From NCBI GenBank assembly GCA_035491955.1, contig DATJJU010000001.1, forward strand, positions 393 to 64,392: DNA of 64,000 bases, in the 5' to 3' direction. The translations under genes were made by a program, and so were the position numbers. Position 1 is the first letter of the stretch. Every line of letters begins with the position of its first letter. Under the pieces are notes generated by a model. The model was not told the origin of the DNA. It saw only the letters and a program-made list of their open reading frames with translations, and ran no database searches. Of this stretch, positions 49,117-57,831 are shown piece by piece. Origin of the DNA: Minisyncoccota bacterium (GTDB lineage Bacteria; Patescibacteriota; Minisyncoccia; Phycocordibacterales; UBA9973).

Positions 49117-49767
49117 TTAGGAAGTTTTTTTCTTCCATCCTTTTCTAATTTTTCTTGCAGTACCAAATACTGGTTTATTATCAAGCTTTCTTTTCTCGTT
49201 GTACTTTCTTCTTCGTTTTCTTTTAAGTTCAACAATCTTGAGACTGCGAGGAGATAAGCCGATATCCCATGGAGCAGTCGGTGGTTTAGGGTGATCATGT
49301 CCTCCCTCTTCACATCCCCAGTAATATCGAACAGATTTTGTCCTGTAATGTATTTTGCGAATAATAGACATGAATGCCTTGCCGCTCGGACATACCGGAC
49401 GCGCTTGTATATGTTCCTTGCAGATAATCGCCCAATCTAACATTCTCTTAAAAAAGTTTTTTGTTCGGTACATCTGCGGAGCAAAATATTTTGCCACTCC
49501 ATGTTCTCTAATAACAACCCAGCCAGAATCAGGTATTCGAATACCGCCCTCTTTTATTATGAACGATGTCCAAACTCTTACTTCCAAACCCATTGTGCAA
49601 AAAACAAATCCTTCTTCGCGACCTATTCGAGGGGTGGGAGGCTCTACGTTAGCTACTCTTAATTCAGCAGAAAACTCATACGGTTCAATACGACGAAACC
49701 CTTGAGCAATAACCTTGGCTGCAAATGCGAAAAAATGCTTTTCTGTAAACTGATATGCGCGTGGCAC
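49117..49767 (-). CDS. Hypothetical basic protein, accessory module
   Basis: 216 aa, GTG start with AAAGGA; TTGACT-N16-TATGGT. Confidence 0.75.
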   Translation of the reverse strand: MPRAYQFTEKHFFAFAAKVIAQGFRRIEPYEFSAELRVANVEPPTPRIGREEGFVFCTMGLEVRVWTSFIIKEGGIRIPDSGWVVIREHGVAKYFAPQMYRTKNFFKRMLDWAIICKEHIQARPVCPSGKAFMSIIRKIHYRTKSVRYYWGCEEGGHDHPKPPTAPWDIGLSPRSLKIVELKRKRRRKYNEKRKLDNKPVFGTARKIRKGWKKKTS

Positions 49768-49869
49768 TATATTCCTTTCTTTTAAATGTTCAACTTGTTT
49801 TCACCATACCATTTATCACGAGAAAGTCAAAAGAGCGAAACGCTACACGTTTCGCTCTTTTTCTATTCC

Positions 49870-50328
49870 CTACTTCGTCATTTCTTTTACGATGTAGTGG
49901 TAGTGCTTTTCGGAAACAGGCTGGACGGAAAGGCGTGAGCCGGTGGCGCGGACCATCATGCCGTCGAGGTGAGGGTCGTGCTTTATTTCTTCAAGCGAGA
50001 CAGGTTCTTTGAACTTTTTTACAAATGCGACATCTACACAAACCCATTGCGGGTTTTCTTTTTTGCTTTTCGGATCATAGTGATCATCTTTCTTATCGAA
50101 CTGCGTAGGGTCAGCGTGAGCGAGTGCTGTTACTTTTGCAATGCCATAGACACCGTTGGGTTTGCTGCTGGAATGATAAAAGAGGGCCAAATCCCCCTTT
50201 TTCATATCATCACGCATGAAGTTGCGTGCTTGATAGTTGCGTATGCCAGTCCAAGCAGTCTGCTTGTCTTTTTGTAAGTCATCAATAGAGTAACAATCTC
50301 CTTCGCTTTTCAGGAGCCAGTAGCGCAT
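49870..50328 (-). CDS. EVE domain protein
   Basis: YWLLKSE, W.GIRNYQARNFM, FYHS, RLSVQPV. Confidence 0.93.
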   Translation of the reverse strand: MRYWLLKSEGDCYSIDDLQKDKQTAWTGIRNYQARNFMRDDMKKGDLALFYHSSSKPNGVYGIAKVTALAHADPTQFDKKDDHYDPKSKKENPQWVCVDVAFVKKFKEPVSLEEIKHDPHLDGMMVRATGSRLSVQPVSEKHYHYIVKEMTK

Positions 50329-50329
50329 G

Positions 50330-50695
50330 TTAGATGAAGAGTGCCAAGATCAAGAGTAATGAGCCGATGATAGCGATGTTCTTTGTGAACATGATCTTCT
50401 CAGTTGCGCGATGTGCTGGATCAGAAATATTCCAGAAGTCATGCATCATAGTAGTGATTGGGATCAAAGTAAGAATAGCGAGACCCAAACCGATGATCGG
50501 AGCAATCCAGCCTGTCAAAGAGATGCCTGCCAAAGCAAAAGTGATACCACTAATGATTACTCCTGCTTTTGCAGCAGGTACGCCTTTTGATTTCGCATAT
50601 CCTGCCAAGTAGTCCACATGGAACAAATGGTTAAGACCGCTATTCAAGAAGTAGATACCGATAGTAAGATGAGCAATGATAAATAAAATAATCAT
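50330..50695 (-). CDS. DoxX family membrane protein
   Basis: AKSKGVP, MHDFW, KNIAIIGSLL. Confidence 0.85.
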   Translation of the reverse strand: MIILFIIAHLTIGIYFLNSGLNHLFHVDYLAGYAKSKGVPAAKAGVIISGITFALAGISLTGWIAPIIGLGLAILTLIPITTMMHDFWNISDPAHRATEKIMFTKNIAIIGSLLLILALFI

Positions 50696-50726
50696 AAAAA
50701 TGCTTGTTTTGGCTAATACTTCCCTA

Positions 50727-51212
50727 TTATACCAGGCCTGGGTACTGGGAACAATCAACGTGAGGCACAGACAAGGAAGAGCTGCCGTAGTCAATTTCTG
50801 CCGCAGTAGGATTCAATACGATACGCTGCGCAGTAGCGCTATGCATACCTTCGCTGTTAGTCGTGTAGGTTCCATTAAAAATGAATTGCCCAGCGCTTGT
50901 GCCCGCAGTCAGACTGCCTGACAATGTACCAACTTCTGTATCTTTTCCAGCTATTTGAGTGCCCATGGTACCTGTAACAGCATTACCATCTCCTACTGTT
51001 AGTTTTACATATGCTAAATCATTTCCTAGCTCAGGAGCGCCAACTGATGGCTTGTTAAGATAATAACAAATGCTTTGAGAGGCTGGAGTGTTTGCCACAG
51101 GTGCAGTAGTAGCGGGTGCAGACATATGGTGTTTCGCTTGCATCAACAGAAACACTAATGCAGCAACAGCAACAACAGTAATAATAATTGATATAGGTTT
51201 AATCTTTTTCAT
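50727..51212 (-). CDS. Exported hypothetical protein
   Basis: Signal anchor; CY...VTG..GKD..GT..G...EG...VDC. Confidence 0.75.
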   Translation of the reverse strand: MKKIKPISIIITVVAVAALVFLLMQAKHHMSAPATTAPVANTPASQSICYYLNKPSVGAPELGNDLAYVKLTVGDGNAVTGTMGTQIAGKDTEVGTLSGSLTAGTSAGQFIFNGTYTTNSEGMHSATAQRIVLNPTAAEIDYGSSSLSVPHVDCSQYPGLV

Positions 51213-51306
51213 ATATCTCAGTATACACTAGAAATATAAAAAGGTCTGTCTTTGCAGCAGTACCTACAAAGAGTAGACCTTTTTATATGTACTACTATTA
51301 TAGCAA

Positions 51307-52494
51307 CTATTTCAAAACTGAGGATGTGTATAAGTTGCGAGGGTCCCACATCAGCCATGACTGGATGCCGACATCGTTGGTAGCAGTGATTTGCGCTTGA
51401 ACCATATCAGGAGTATAGATTGCTCCTAGATTGAAATCTTGCAGCCATGGACGAAGCTTGGTCTCAGGAATAGTAATAGCCTTCAATTTCGCAATGCCAG
51501 CTGTAAGCGATGTGTGGATGATATCGTATGGATGCTCTGCCGGATTTTTATACCCATAGCTTCCATTGGCAAAATGCGATGGATAGATCATCGGGCACAC
51601 ATAGTCGACATGAGGAGCGATCAGCTCAAGCTTTTGGCCAATACCCATGTCATCGTTTGCACTCAGTGTCAGACCGAAGATATCTGCAGAAAGCGGAATA
51701 TGATCTTGTCCTCGCAAATGCGCATCTACGTCTGCAAAAAAATCTTCAATAGTATGCTCCTTGTCTTTAGTAAAAGTACTTTCATCAATATCAGACAAGT
51801 TGCCGTCGGAAGGAAAGCGCACATAGTCCAAATTAATTTCATCAAAGCCTTGAGCATAGGCGTCTTCAGCAATACGCTCAGTATAGTGCCAAACATCGGG
51901 ACTATCAGCACGGAGATATAAGTTACCCTTAGGATCTTTCCAGGGACTACCGGTTTTAATGCTCTGCAATGCATCTTCAGGATGAATAGTCGGATAGTAT
52001 GGATCCTGAAATACTTCAATACGACCAATAACATAGACGCCTTTTGCATGAAGTTCGGAAATGAGAGCCGGAAGATTGGCAATACGCTTTGTGCCTACAC
52101 CGCTTGCAAGCAACGTTGGATCAAGCGGTTCGTATGACAAACGACCAGTAGCGTCTTTGATATCGATCACCACAGCATTGAGCTTATTGCCGGAGAGTAA
52201 ATCAAAAATATGACCCATGCCGCTTTTTGTACCTGCAATCCAGCCGGAAGCATAGACAGCAGTAACAGGGTCAGGGGTAGTAATATGAGTAACAGGAGGA
52301 GGAACTACTTCAGGAGTTTGAACTTGTGGACTTTGCGAAAGAGGAGAACTCTCGGTAGGTTCTGATACGGTTGCTAAGGCATTATGGTGATTGAAATTTG
52401 TAGCGTGACCATACAGACCAAAACCACCAACAACAAGAACCATCACTACCAATATTACGATGCCGAGTTTATGTGACGGTTTCTCCTGTTCCAT
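51307..52494 (-). CDS. Putative glycoside hydrolase (DUF4015-like)
   Basis: NAVVIDIKD..G, GFDEINLDYVRFP, PMIYPSH, RPWLQDF. Confidence 0.85.
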   Translation of the reverse strand: MEQEKPSHKLGIVILVVMVLVVGGFGLYGHATNFNHHNALATVSEPTESSPLSQSPQVQTPEVVPPPVTHITTPDPVTAVYASGWIAGTKSGMGHIFDLLSGNKLNAVVIDIKDATGRLSYEPLDPTLLASGVGTKRIANLPALISELHAKGVYVIGRIEVFQDPYYPTIHPEDALQSIKTGSPWKDPKGNLYLRADSPDVWHYTERIAEDAYAQGFDEINLDYVRFPSDGNLSDIDESTFTKDKEHTIEDFFADVDAHLRGQDHIPLSADIFGLTLSANDDMGIGQKLELIAPHVDYVCPMIYPSHFANGSYGYKNPAEHPYDIIHTSLTAGIAKLKAITIPETKLRPWLQDFNLGAIYTPDMVQAQITATNDVGIQSWLMWDPRNLYTSSVLK

Positions 52495-52525
52495 GAATTA
52501 GAGAAAGTATACAACTACTGTTCTG

Positions 52526-52930
52526 CTATTCCAAAGTTTCTTCCTCCTCAGGTTGCGTCATGAGGATTAGTTTTTCCAAATTATCAGCGGGTTCACTGTA
52601 GTCTTCACCATCGGGAATGTATTCCATAGACTCCATAAACTTCTGCTTAGCATTATCGAGCTCGCCCATTTCCATGAAGAGAAGTCCCATTTCATTGAGA
52701 ATAGTGCTCGCAGTACTATCACGCTTCAAATAGTCTTTTGAATGCTTAAACAATACTTCTGCTTTAGCGCGGAGTACCTGAATATCTTTTTCAGCCTCCT
52801 GTTCACAGGCATATTTCCCTGCCATATCAATAAGCAGATTGAAGGCATCATTATATCCTTCAAGAGCAGCCTGCGGATCGATTTCTTTGAACTTATGCGC
52901 CGCATTCATTAATTTCCAGACCTCATCCAT
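52526..52930 (-). CDS. TPR-like protein
   Basis: LNEMGLLFMEMGELDNAKQKF. Confidence 0.65.
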   Translation of the reverse strand: MDEVWKLMNAAHKFKEIDPQAALEGYNDAFNLLIDMAGKYACEQEAEKDIQVLRAKAEVLFKHSKDYLKRDSTASTILNEMGLLFMEMGELDNAKQKFMESMEYIPDGEDYSEPADNLEKLILMTQPEEEETLE

Positions 52931-52935
52931 GGCTC

Positions 52936-53514
52936 CTATTTTAAACTGCTTTGGATTTCCTGCAAGACTTCACTAATACCGATTTTATCTTCTGCTGAAA
53001 AAGGAATAACAAGCTGTCCGTGAAGCGTGACACGTATATCATCAATGGTTTTTTTCTGGTGAGACTTCTTCACTTTGTCTATTTTGTTAGCAAGGATAAC
53101 GACTCGCTTACGATGTTCAAGAAGTGCATCAAGCATTTCTAAATCTGATTCGGTAGGACCGACGAAAGCATCAATGATGAGTACCACCATTGCTTGGCTG
53201 AGAGTAGCATCAAAGAGATAGCTGTTAATGACTTCTTCGATTTCTGCACGATCAGCTTTTGAAACCTGCGCATAGCCATAGCCCGGCAGATCGATCAAGT
53301 AAAAAATATTATCGATCAGGAAGACATTGATCTGGCGAGTTCGTCCAGGAAAAGAACTGGTCTTTGCCAAACCCTTCACTTTGGTCAGAGCATTAATAGT
53401 GCTCGACTTCCCTACATTGGATCGGCCAATAAATGCCACCTGCGGCAATGCCAAATCCGCCAAAGCAGCGCCCCTGGTTTCTCCTTTTATAAATTTGGCT
53501 GAACGAATATTCAT
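52936..53514 (-). CDS. engB: Ribosome biogenesis GTPase EngB/YihA
   Basis: GRSNVGKSS, PGRT, DLPGYG, NKIDK. Confidence 0.95.
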   Translation of the reverse strand: MNIRSAKFIKGETRGAALADLALPQVAFIGRSNVGKSSTINALTKVKGLAKTSSFPGRTRQINVFLIDNIFYLIDLPGYGYAQVSKADRAEIEEVINSYLFDATLSQAMVVLIIDAFVGPTESDLEMLDALLEHRKRVVILANKIDKVKKSHQKKTIDDIRVTLHGQLVIPFSAEDKIGISEVLQEIQSSLK

Positions 53515-53526
53515 GACTGCATACTA

Positions 53527-53898
53527 TCACATCGCCTTTCTCCAAGCATCCAGGAGAAGCTTTAGATTATTTTTTCGCTTTAGTACGACATGGAGCTTCT
53601 TATAATCAGGAATCTGCTCAGAAACAAGATCCCAGAATGCTTTGGAGTGATTGAACTGTTTAAGGTGACAGAGCTCATGAACGATAAGATAGTCTTGGAG
53701 GGCCGGATCAAGAAAAAGGATTTTGTATGAGAAATTCAAATTGCCTGCACTAGAACAACTTCCCCAGCGAGTCTTGGGGTTTTTAATGAATACTTTTTTG
53801 TATGGAAGATTGTAGTACTGGTTGAAATGTTCAAGGCGCGCGTGCACCAACACGCGCGCCTCTTCCTTATATTTCTTGTATAGCGCAGTTCCTATCAT
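53527..53898 (-). CDS. YgjP/DUF45 zinc metalloprotease-like protein
   Basis: KTRWGSCS, HELCH..NHS..FW. Confidence 0.88.
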   Translation of the reverse strand: MIGTALYKKYKEEARVLVHARLEHFNQYYNLPYKKVFIKNPKTRWGSCSSAGNLNFSYKILFLDPALQDYLIVHELCHLKQFNHSKAFWDLVSEQIPDYKKLHVVLKRKNNLKLLLDAWRKAM

Positions 53899-53956
53899 TG
53901 CGCTCTATGATCTCATACTTTAAAGATTTTCTAAAGGAGGTGGCAATCTTTTTTGA

Positions 53957-53984
53957 TTGACAGAAATTTCTCTTAGAATATACT
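53957..53984 (+). promoter_or_regulatory. Sigma70-type promoter with no downstream ORF
   Basis: TTGACA-N16-TATACT. Confidence 0.7.
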
Positions 53985-53990
53985 AAGGGT

Positions 53991-54043
53991 ATTATGGCTT
54001 CGGCCTCCGAGAATCCTCCCCAGAAATGTGGAGGATTCGTTTT
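53991..54043 (+). ncRNA. Candidate small RNA convergent with MazF-like gene
   Basis: GGC-TTCG-GCC hairpin, then GAATCCTCC/GGAGGATTC-GTTTT terminator. Confidence 0.6.
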
Positions 54044-54422
54044 ATAATAACTCTTTTATTTTACTAATAAGGACGGTGAATGTTTCTTGGTCAAGAGTTC
54101 GAATTTTCCTATACAGTCGTTTTGTACTAATTGTTCTTAGCTGTGTCAATTTTATCCATGTAGTTATGTTTTTGAAATGTATTTCAAAATGAAAGGGGTC
54201 ATTGTTTTCTTTTGATGTAATAGGTAGTACTAAAAGAGATTCCTTATTATAAACCTTTATAATCAATACCGGTCTTTCAAAGTAATCATTCTTACCGTCT
54301 GTTTCTACTCCAATATTAATACCTAGAGAGCACCACCATATTTCTCTAGAATGAGCATAAGGTTTTCTATTTCGTTGATCAATTTTCTTTTTTAATCCAT
54401 TCCACCTATCGAAATCTTTCAT
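54042..54422 (-). CDS. PemK/MazF-family toxin-like endoribonuclease (no protein antitoxin nearby)
   Basis: EIWW..LG.N.G.E..GK...RPVLII, VLPITS, QLRTIS.KRL; start reset to MKDFDRW. Confidence 0.88.
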   Translation of the reverse strand: MKDFDRWNGLKKKIDQRNRKPYAHSREIWWCSLGINIGVETDGKNDYFERPVLIIKVYNKESLLVLPITSKENNDPFHFEIHFKNITTWIKLTQLRTISTKRLYRKIRTLDQETFTVLISKIKELL

Positions 54423-54462
54423 TGCCCAAGTGTAGAGCAAGAAGATTCAAGAAAGCTGAAAG

Positions 54463-56145
54463 TTATTTTAAACTCTTCGCAGAAATAATGGCGCGAGCGA
54501 GACGAAGAGTGTCGAAGGTATATTTGCCGTCAAGGTGATTGTAGACCGGAGAAAGAAGCGTGGTATCGCATGAAGCAAAAGCATCTACGATGACAGGTAA
54601 TGCTTTCTCAAGCTTGTCATCAATAAGATGCTCAATATCGTCATATTGTATGCGCTTTAAAAGAATAAGCTTTTCAATATGGTCAAGGATAGTAGTCATA
54701 ACAAGCTTTCGCTCTTTTATAATATCCTTTAACGATTTTTTCTCTAGAAGCAATTCTTTTGTCAGATCAAGCGTATCTTTCTTTTCTATCTTCCCATTTT
54801 TGACTTTCTTTGGATCAAACGTGCCTCCATTAGTAAGAATAAAATTCTTCTGAATTTCTGCCAACTGATCTACTGGCAATTTGGCAAAGACATCTTCAGC
54901 TGATTCAGACTGCTCTCGGAAAGTAACATCTTCCTGCAATATGCGCGGATGCACTTGGAATGTTTGTTCATTCCACCCAGTAAGATAGAGACCGCTCAAT
55001 GTACGCACACGAGAAAGTGCCACATAGCCCTGGCCGTATTCAAAAACTTGCCGCAAATCCATGAGTGCTGTATCCAATGAAAGACCCTGGCTTTTGTGAA
55101 TAGTGATAGCCCAAGCCAAACGAAGCGGTATTTGTGTGATAGACGCACGAATCTTGCCGTCTTCTTCAATACTCCAATCCATCGGTTCAATAGTAATCTC
55201 TTCATCATCCTTAGTGCGAATGATCGGATATTTTGTTCCTGTTTCAAAGCGAACAACGGTGCCTGTCGTACCATTCACAAATCCTTTTTGGGTATTGTTC
55301 TTAGTGCACATAACTACTGCTCCAGTTTTCAGCTCTAGTCGCTCCGGAGAAAGACAGCCTTTTTTCAAACTTTCCACCATACTCTCTCGACCTTTTGTGC
55401 TCATAGTGTATACGAAGGTTGGACCTTCGATAGACTGCAACGCCATTTGATTGATAGCATCAACATCAGCATTGTGAGCAAAGAGCCGTGTCATCTCAGT
55501 ATTTTCGAAGACATCACTTTCATCAATCATACGGTTCTTCAAATGAATAAGGTGATCATCTATTACCGTATTGCGGCGAATAGCTGAGAGGAGCGCCAGA
55601 AAGTTTTCATCACTCTGACGATGTTGTTCTGTGATATAGCACACCAGTGGCCTCATTGTTTGCCAGACTTGTGACTGAAATGCAAACGGTACATTTTCTT
55701 CTTTTCGAGAAATCGGTGGGAGTTGGAAAAAATCACCGACAAGAATAACCTGCAGTCCTCCGAACGGTTCTTCTTTTTGTTTGATGGTGCGACAGACACT
55801 ATCAACGAGATCGAGCGTATAGCCATCGATCATAGAGATCTCATCGATGATTAATATTTTTGTTTTTTGAATGCGGCGCACTAAATATTCTGTGCTGGCA
55901 ATTTTATCCAAATCATACGGTGACAAACTTTTGCGAATGCCGATACCGCTCCATGAGTGAATGGTCTGCCCATGAATATGAGTGGCGGCAATACCAGTGG
56001 ATGCAGTAATAGCAGGCTCTATGCCATGAGCGCGCAGGTATGCCACATACTCATTAATAGTATGCGTCTTCCCTGCCCCCGGCTCCCCTGTCAAAAAGAC
56101 ATTGGCCCCCGTCTTCAATATCGTCAATGCCTTTTCCTGAGTCAT
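54463..56145 (-). CDS. Pif1-family helicase with C-terminal HTH
   Basis: TGEPGAGKT, DEISM, GDFFQLPP, AITIHKSQG, YVALSR. Confidence 0.92.
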   Translation of the reverse strand: MTQEKALTILKTGANVFLTGEPGAGKTHTINEYVAYLRAHGIEPAITASTGIAATHIHGQTIHSWSGIGIRKSLSPYDLDKIASTEYLVRRIQKTKILIIDEISMIDGYTLDLVDSVCRTIKQKEEPFGGLQVILVGDFFQLPPISRKEENVPFAFQSQVWQTMRPLVCYITEQHRQSDENFLALLSAIRRNTVIDDHLIHLKNRMIDESDVFENTEMTRLFAHNADVDAINQMALQSIEGPTFVYTMSTKGRESMVESLKKGCLSPERLELKTGAVVMCTKNNTQKGFVNGTTGTVVRFETGTKYPIIRTKDDEEITIEPMDWSIEEDGKIRASITQIPLRLAWAITIHKSQGLSLDTALMDLRQVFEYGQGYVALSRVRTLSGLYLTGWNEQTFQVHPRILQEDVTFREQSESAEDVFAKLPVDQLAEIQKNFILTNGGTFDPKKVKNGKIEKKDTLDLTKELLLEKKSLKDIIKERKLVMTTILDHIEKLILLKRIQYDDIEHLIDDKLEKALPVIVDAFASCDTTLLSPVYNHLDGKYTFDTLRLARAIISAKSLK

Positions 56146-56363
56146 TACGGTAGATTGTACACTATTGATAATGTTTTGATCATTTATTGATTTATTCTTT
56201 AAATTTTCTTTAGAAAATCTTTATAAATAAGTAAGATATATTACGTTTGTAACATATAGCTATTATAGAGGCATAATCTCTATGATAGATTATCGCAGTT
56301 TGTTGCAAAAATAAGGTGGATAAAGTAGTATACCGCCCATAGCGCCGGTGCTATAATTTAAAT

Positions 56364-56391
56364 ACAAAACACCCCTTTCGGGATGTCTTGT
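56364..56391 (-). terminator. Terminator of the 52-aa ORF
   Basis: ACAAGACATCCC-GAAA-GGGGTGTTTTGT on minus strand. Confidence 0.7.
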
Positions 56392-56396
56392 GTGGT

Positions 56397-56555
56397 TTAA
56401 GCTTGAGTCTCTTCAGTTTCCTGAGGAGACTTTTGCTTTTTTGGTCGCACTTCGTCTACTTCAAAACAGAACGCTTGCAAACCAACAGAGCTGGCGAGCA
56501 AAACTTTTCCATTACGAAGAGTAATGAAAGGGCGACAGATTGTTGTTTTTGCCAT
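56397..56555 (-). CDS. Small protein (52 aa, not in ORF track)
   Basis: MAKTTICRPFITLRNGKVLLASSVGLQAFCFEVDEVRPKKQKSPQETEETQA, followed by terminator. Confidence 0.7.
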   Translation of the reverse strand: MAKTTICRPFITLRNGKVLLASSVGLQAFCFEVDEVRPKKQKSPQETEETQA

Positions 56556-56614
56556 ACGGCTACAACTCGGTTTCTTCTTTGCCGCTTTTCGTTAGCTGAG
56601 AATATTTAAAACCA

Positions 56615-56851
56615 AACAAAAAAGAACCATTTAACTTTGAACAGCACTCAGCTCAGAATTAGATTTTCATCAAATCCAAACCTCAGAGTCGAAACTAAGA
56701 CTTGGATTTCAATCTTTCGATTGTCATCCTGGTCTAAGTACTAGTCAAAATAATGGTTCTTTTTACAGTACAATTAACGTCTAGTAATTAGTGCGGAATG
56801 CTGTTCTTTATCCTTATAGGATAGGACTCAAGTGTTTCGCCACAAGAGAAC
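56615..56851 (-). ncRNA. Candidate multi-stem structured RNA
   Basis: TTGACT at 56886; nested helices with G-U pairs on minus strand, GAAA tetraloops, four-way junction. Confidence 0.7.
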
Positions 56852-56923
56852 ATTATTATTTTCGCAAATATTAAAATAAGAGTCAAGGAACTATCCCCAG
56901 AAAATTTAAAAAGTAATCAATTT

Positions 56924-57796
56924 TTAAAAATGAATGATGTAAAGAGTGCCGGGGATGGGAAAAGGAGTGCCGAAAGGAATGATGATGCGGCCGGTGCGGT
57001 GAAGTTGGAATGGAGGGATAGTAGAAAATGGAATGGTAATAGTAGTTGGCGTAGCGACCTGAGTTTGAGAGACGGTCGCGCTGGTGCGATAAACGGTAAA
57101 GTCAGTACCGTTGGAAGCGATTGGTGAAGGGACAGAGAGTGCGGTGTTGGTAGGATTATCCATAAGGTTAACTTGCTGAGCATTGGTTTGTGCAAGCGTG
57201 ACACGAGTGCCATTTTGTATGGCGGTAGCGTTGGTGAATTTCACCGGCGTGTATCCTGACAAGTTTGCAAATGTGCCATCTACAAGCGGACGTTCTTGGA
57301 TCCACTCCGCCGAAGAATATGATGATTGATAGCTTACTGTTTTTTGAAACTGCTTCCCTGTCGTATTGTTTGTAATGACAATATTCCATGTATTGGTAGA
57401 CGTTTCAGTAATAGAAATGCTGATAGAGTCATCAGGGTGAACTGCCAAGTCAATCGGCGTAGAGTCTGCTGGTAACAATTCGTACCACGCCTGATATGTT
57501 GCTCCGTCGCTATTGGCAATTTCATATACTCCCGCCTGGATAAGATCGTTAGTCCCCGGTTTACCGCCAATACCTACCCATGTCGCATTTGATGCCAATG
57601 TAGAAGAATAGGTTAATTCGGGCATGACAAAGGTGCCACTGACGCCTGTGTAAGTGCCATTTTGAGCCATATACCCAGACCAGTTGGCAGAGGTAGCTGA
57701 GACACTATCTGCCGCAAAAGCTGTGCCTGAAAAAAGGCCTACGGCCAGCATGATGAAAAATATCGCTATGAAGTTACGTAGAAAATAACGCTTCAT
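56924..57796 (-). CDS. Glutamic peptidase, family G1 (A4)
   Basis: SANWSGY, WVGIGG, LIQAG, AWYELLP, SAEWIQE; signal peptide. Confidence 0.88.
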   Translation of the reverse strand: MKRYFLRNFIAIFFIMLAVGLFSGTAFAADSVSATSANWSGYMAQNGTYTGVSGTFVMPELTYSSTLASNATWVGIGGKPGTNDLIQAGVYEIANSDGATYQAWYELLPADSTPIDLAVHPDDSISISITETSTNTWNIVITNNTTGKQFQKTVSYQSSYSSAEWIQERPLVDGTFANLSGYTPVKFTNATAIQNGTRVTLAQTNAQQVNLMDNPTNTALSVPSPIASNGTDFTVYRTSATVSQTQVATPTTITIPFSTIPPFQLHRTGRIIIPFGTPFPIPGTLYIIHF

Positions 57797-57831
57797 ACCT
57801 ATATATACGAAAAAGGATCGGAAAAGTTGCA

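Noticed and set aside
56150-56360. Possible oriC (AT-rich gap with a GTGGATAA)
   Set aside because: Only one imperfect DnaA box; no box cluster and no dnaA or dnaN nearby.
56615-56851. Retron msr-msd, tmRNA or RNase P identity for the structured RNA
   Set aside because: No reverse transcriptase in the window; no tmRNA termini or RNase P GAGGAAAGUCC core seen.
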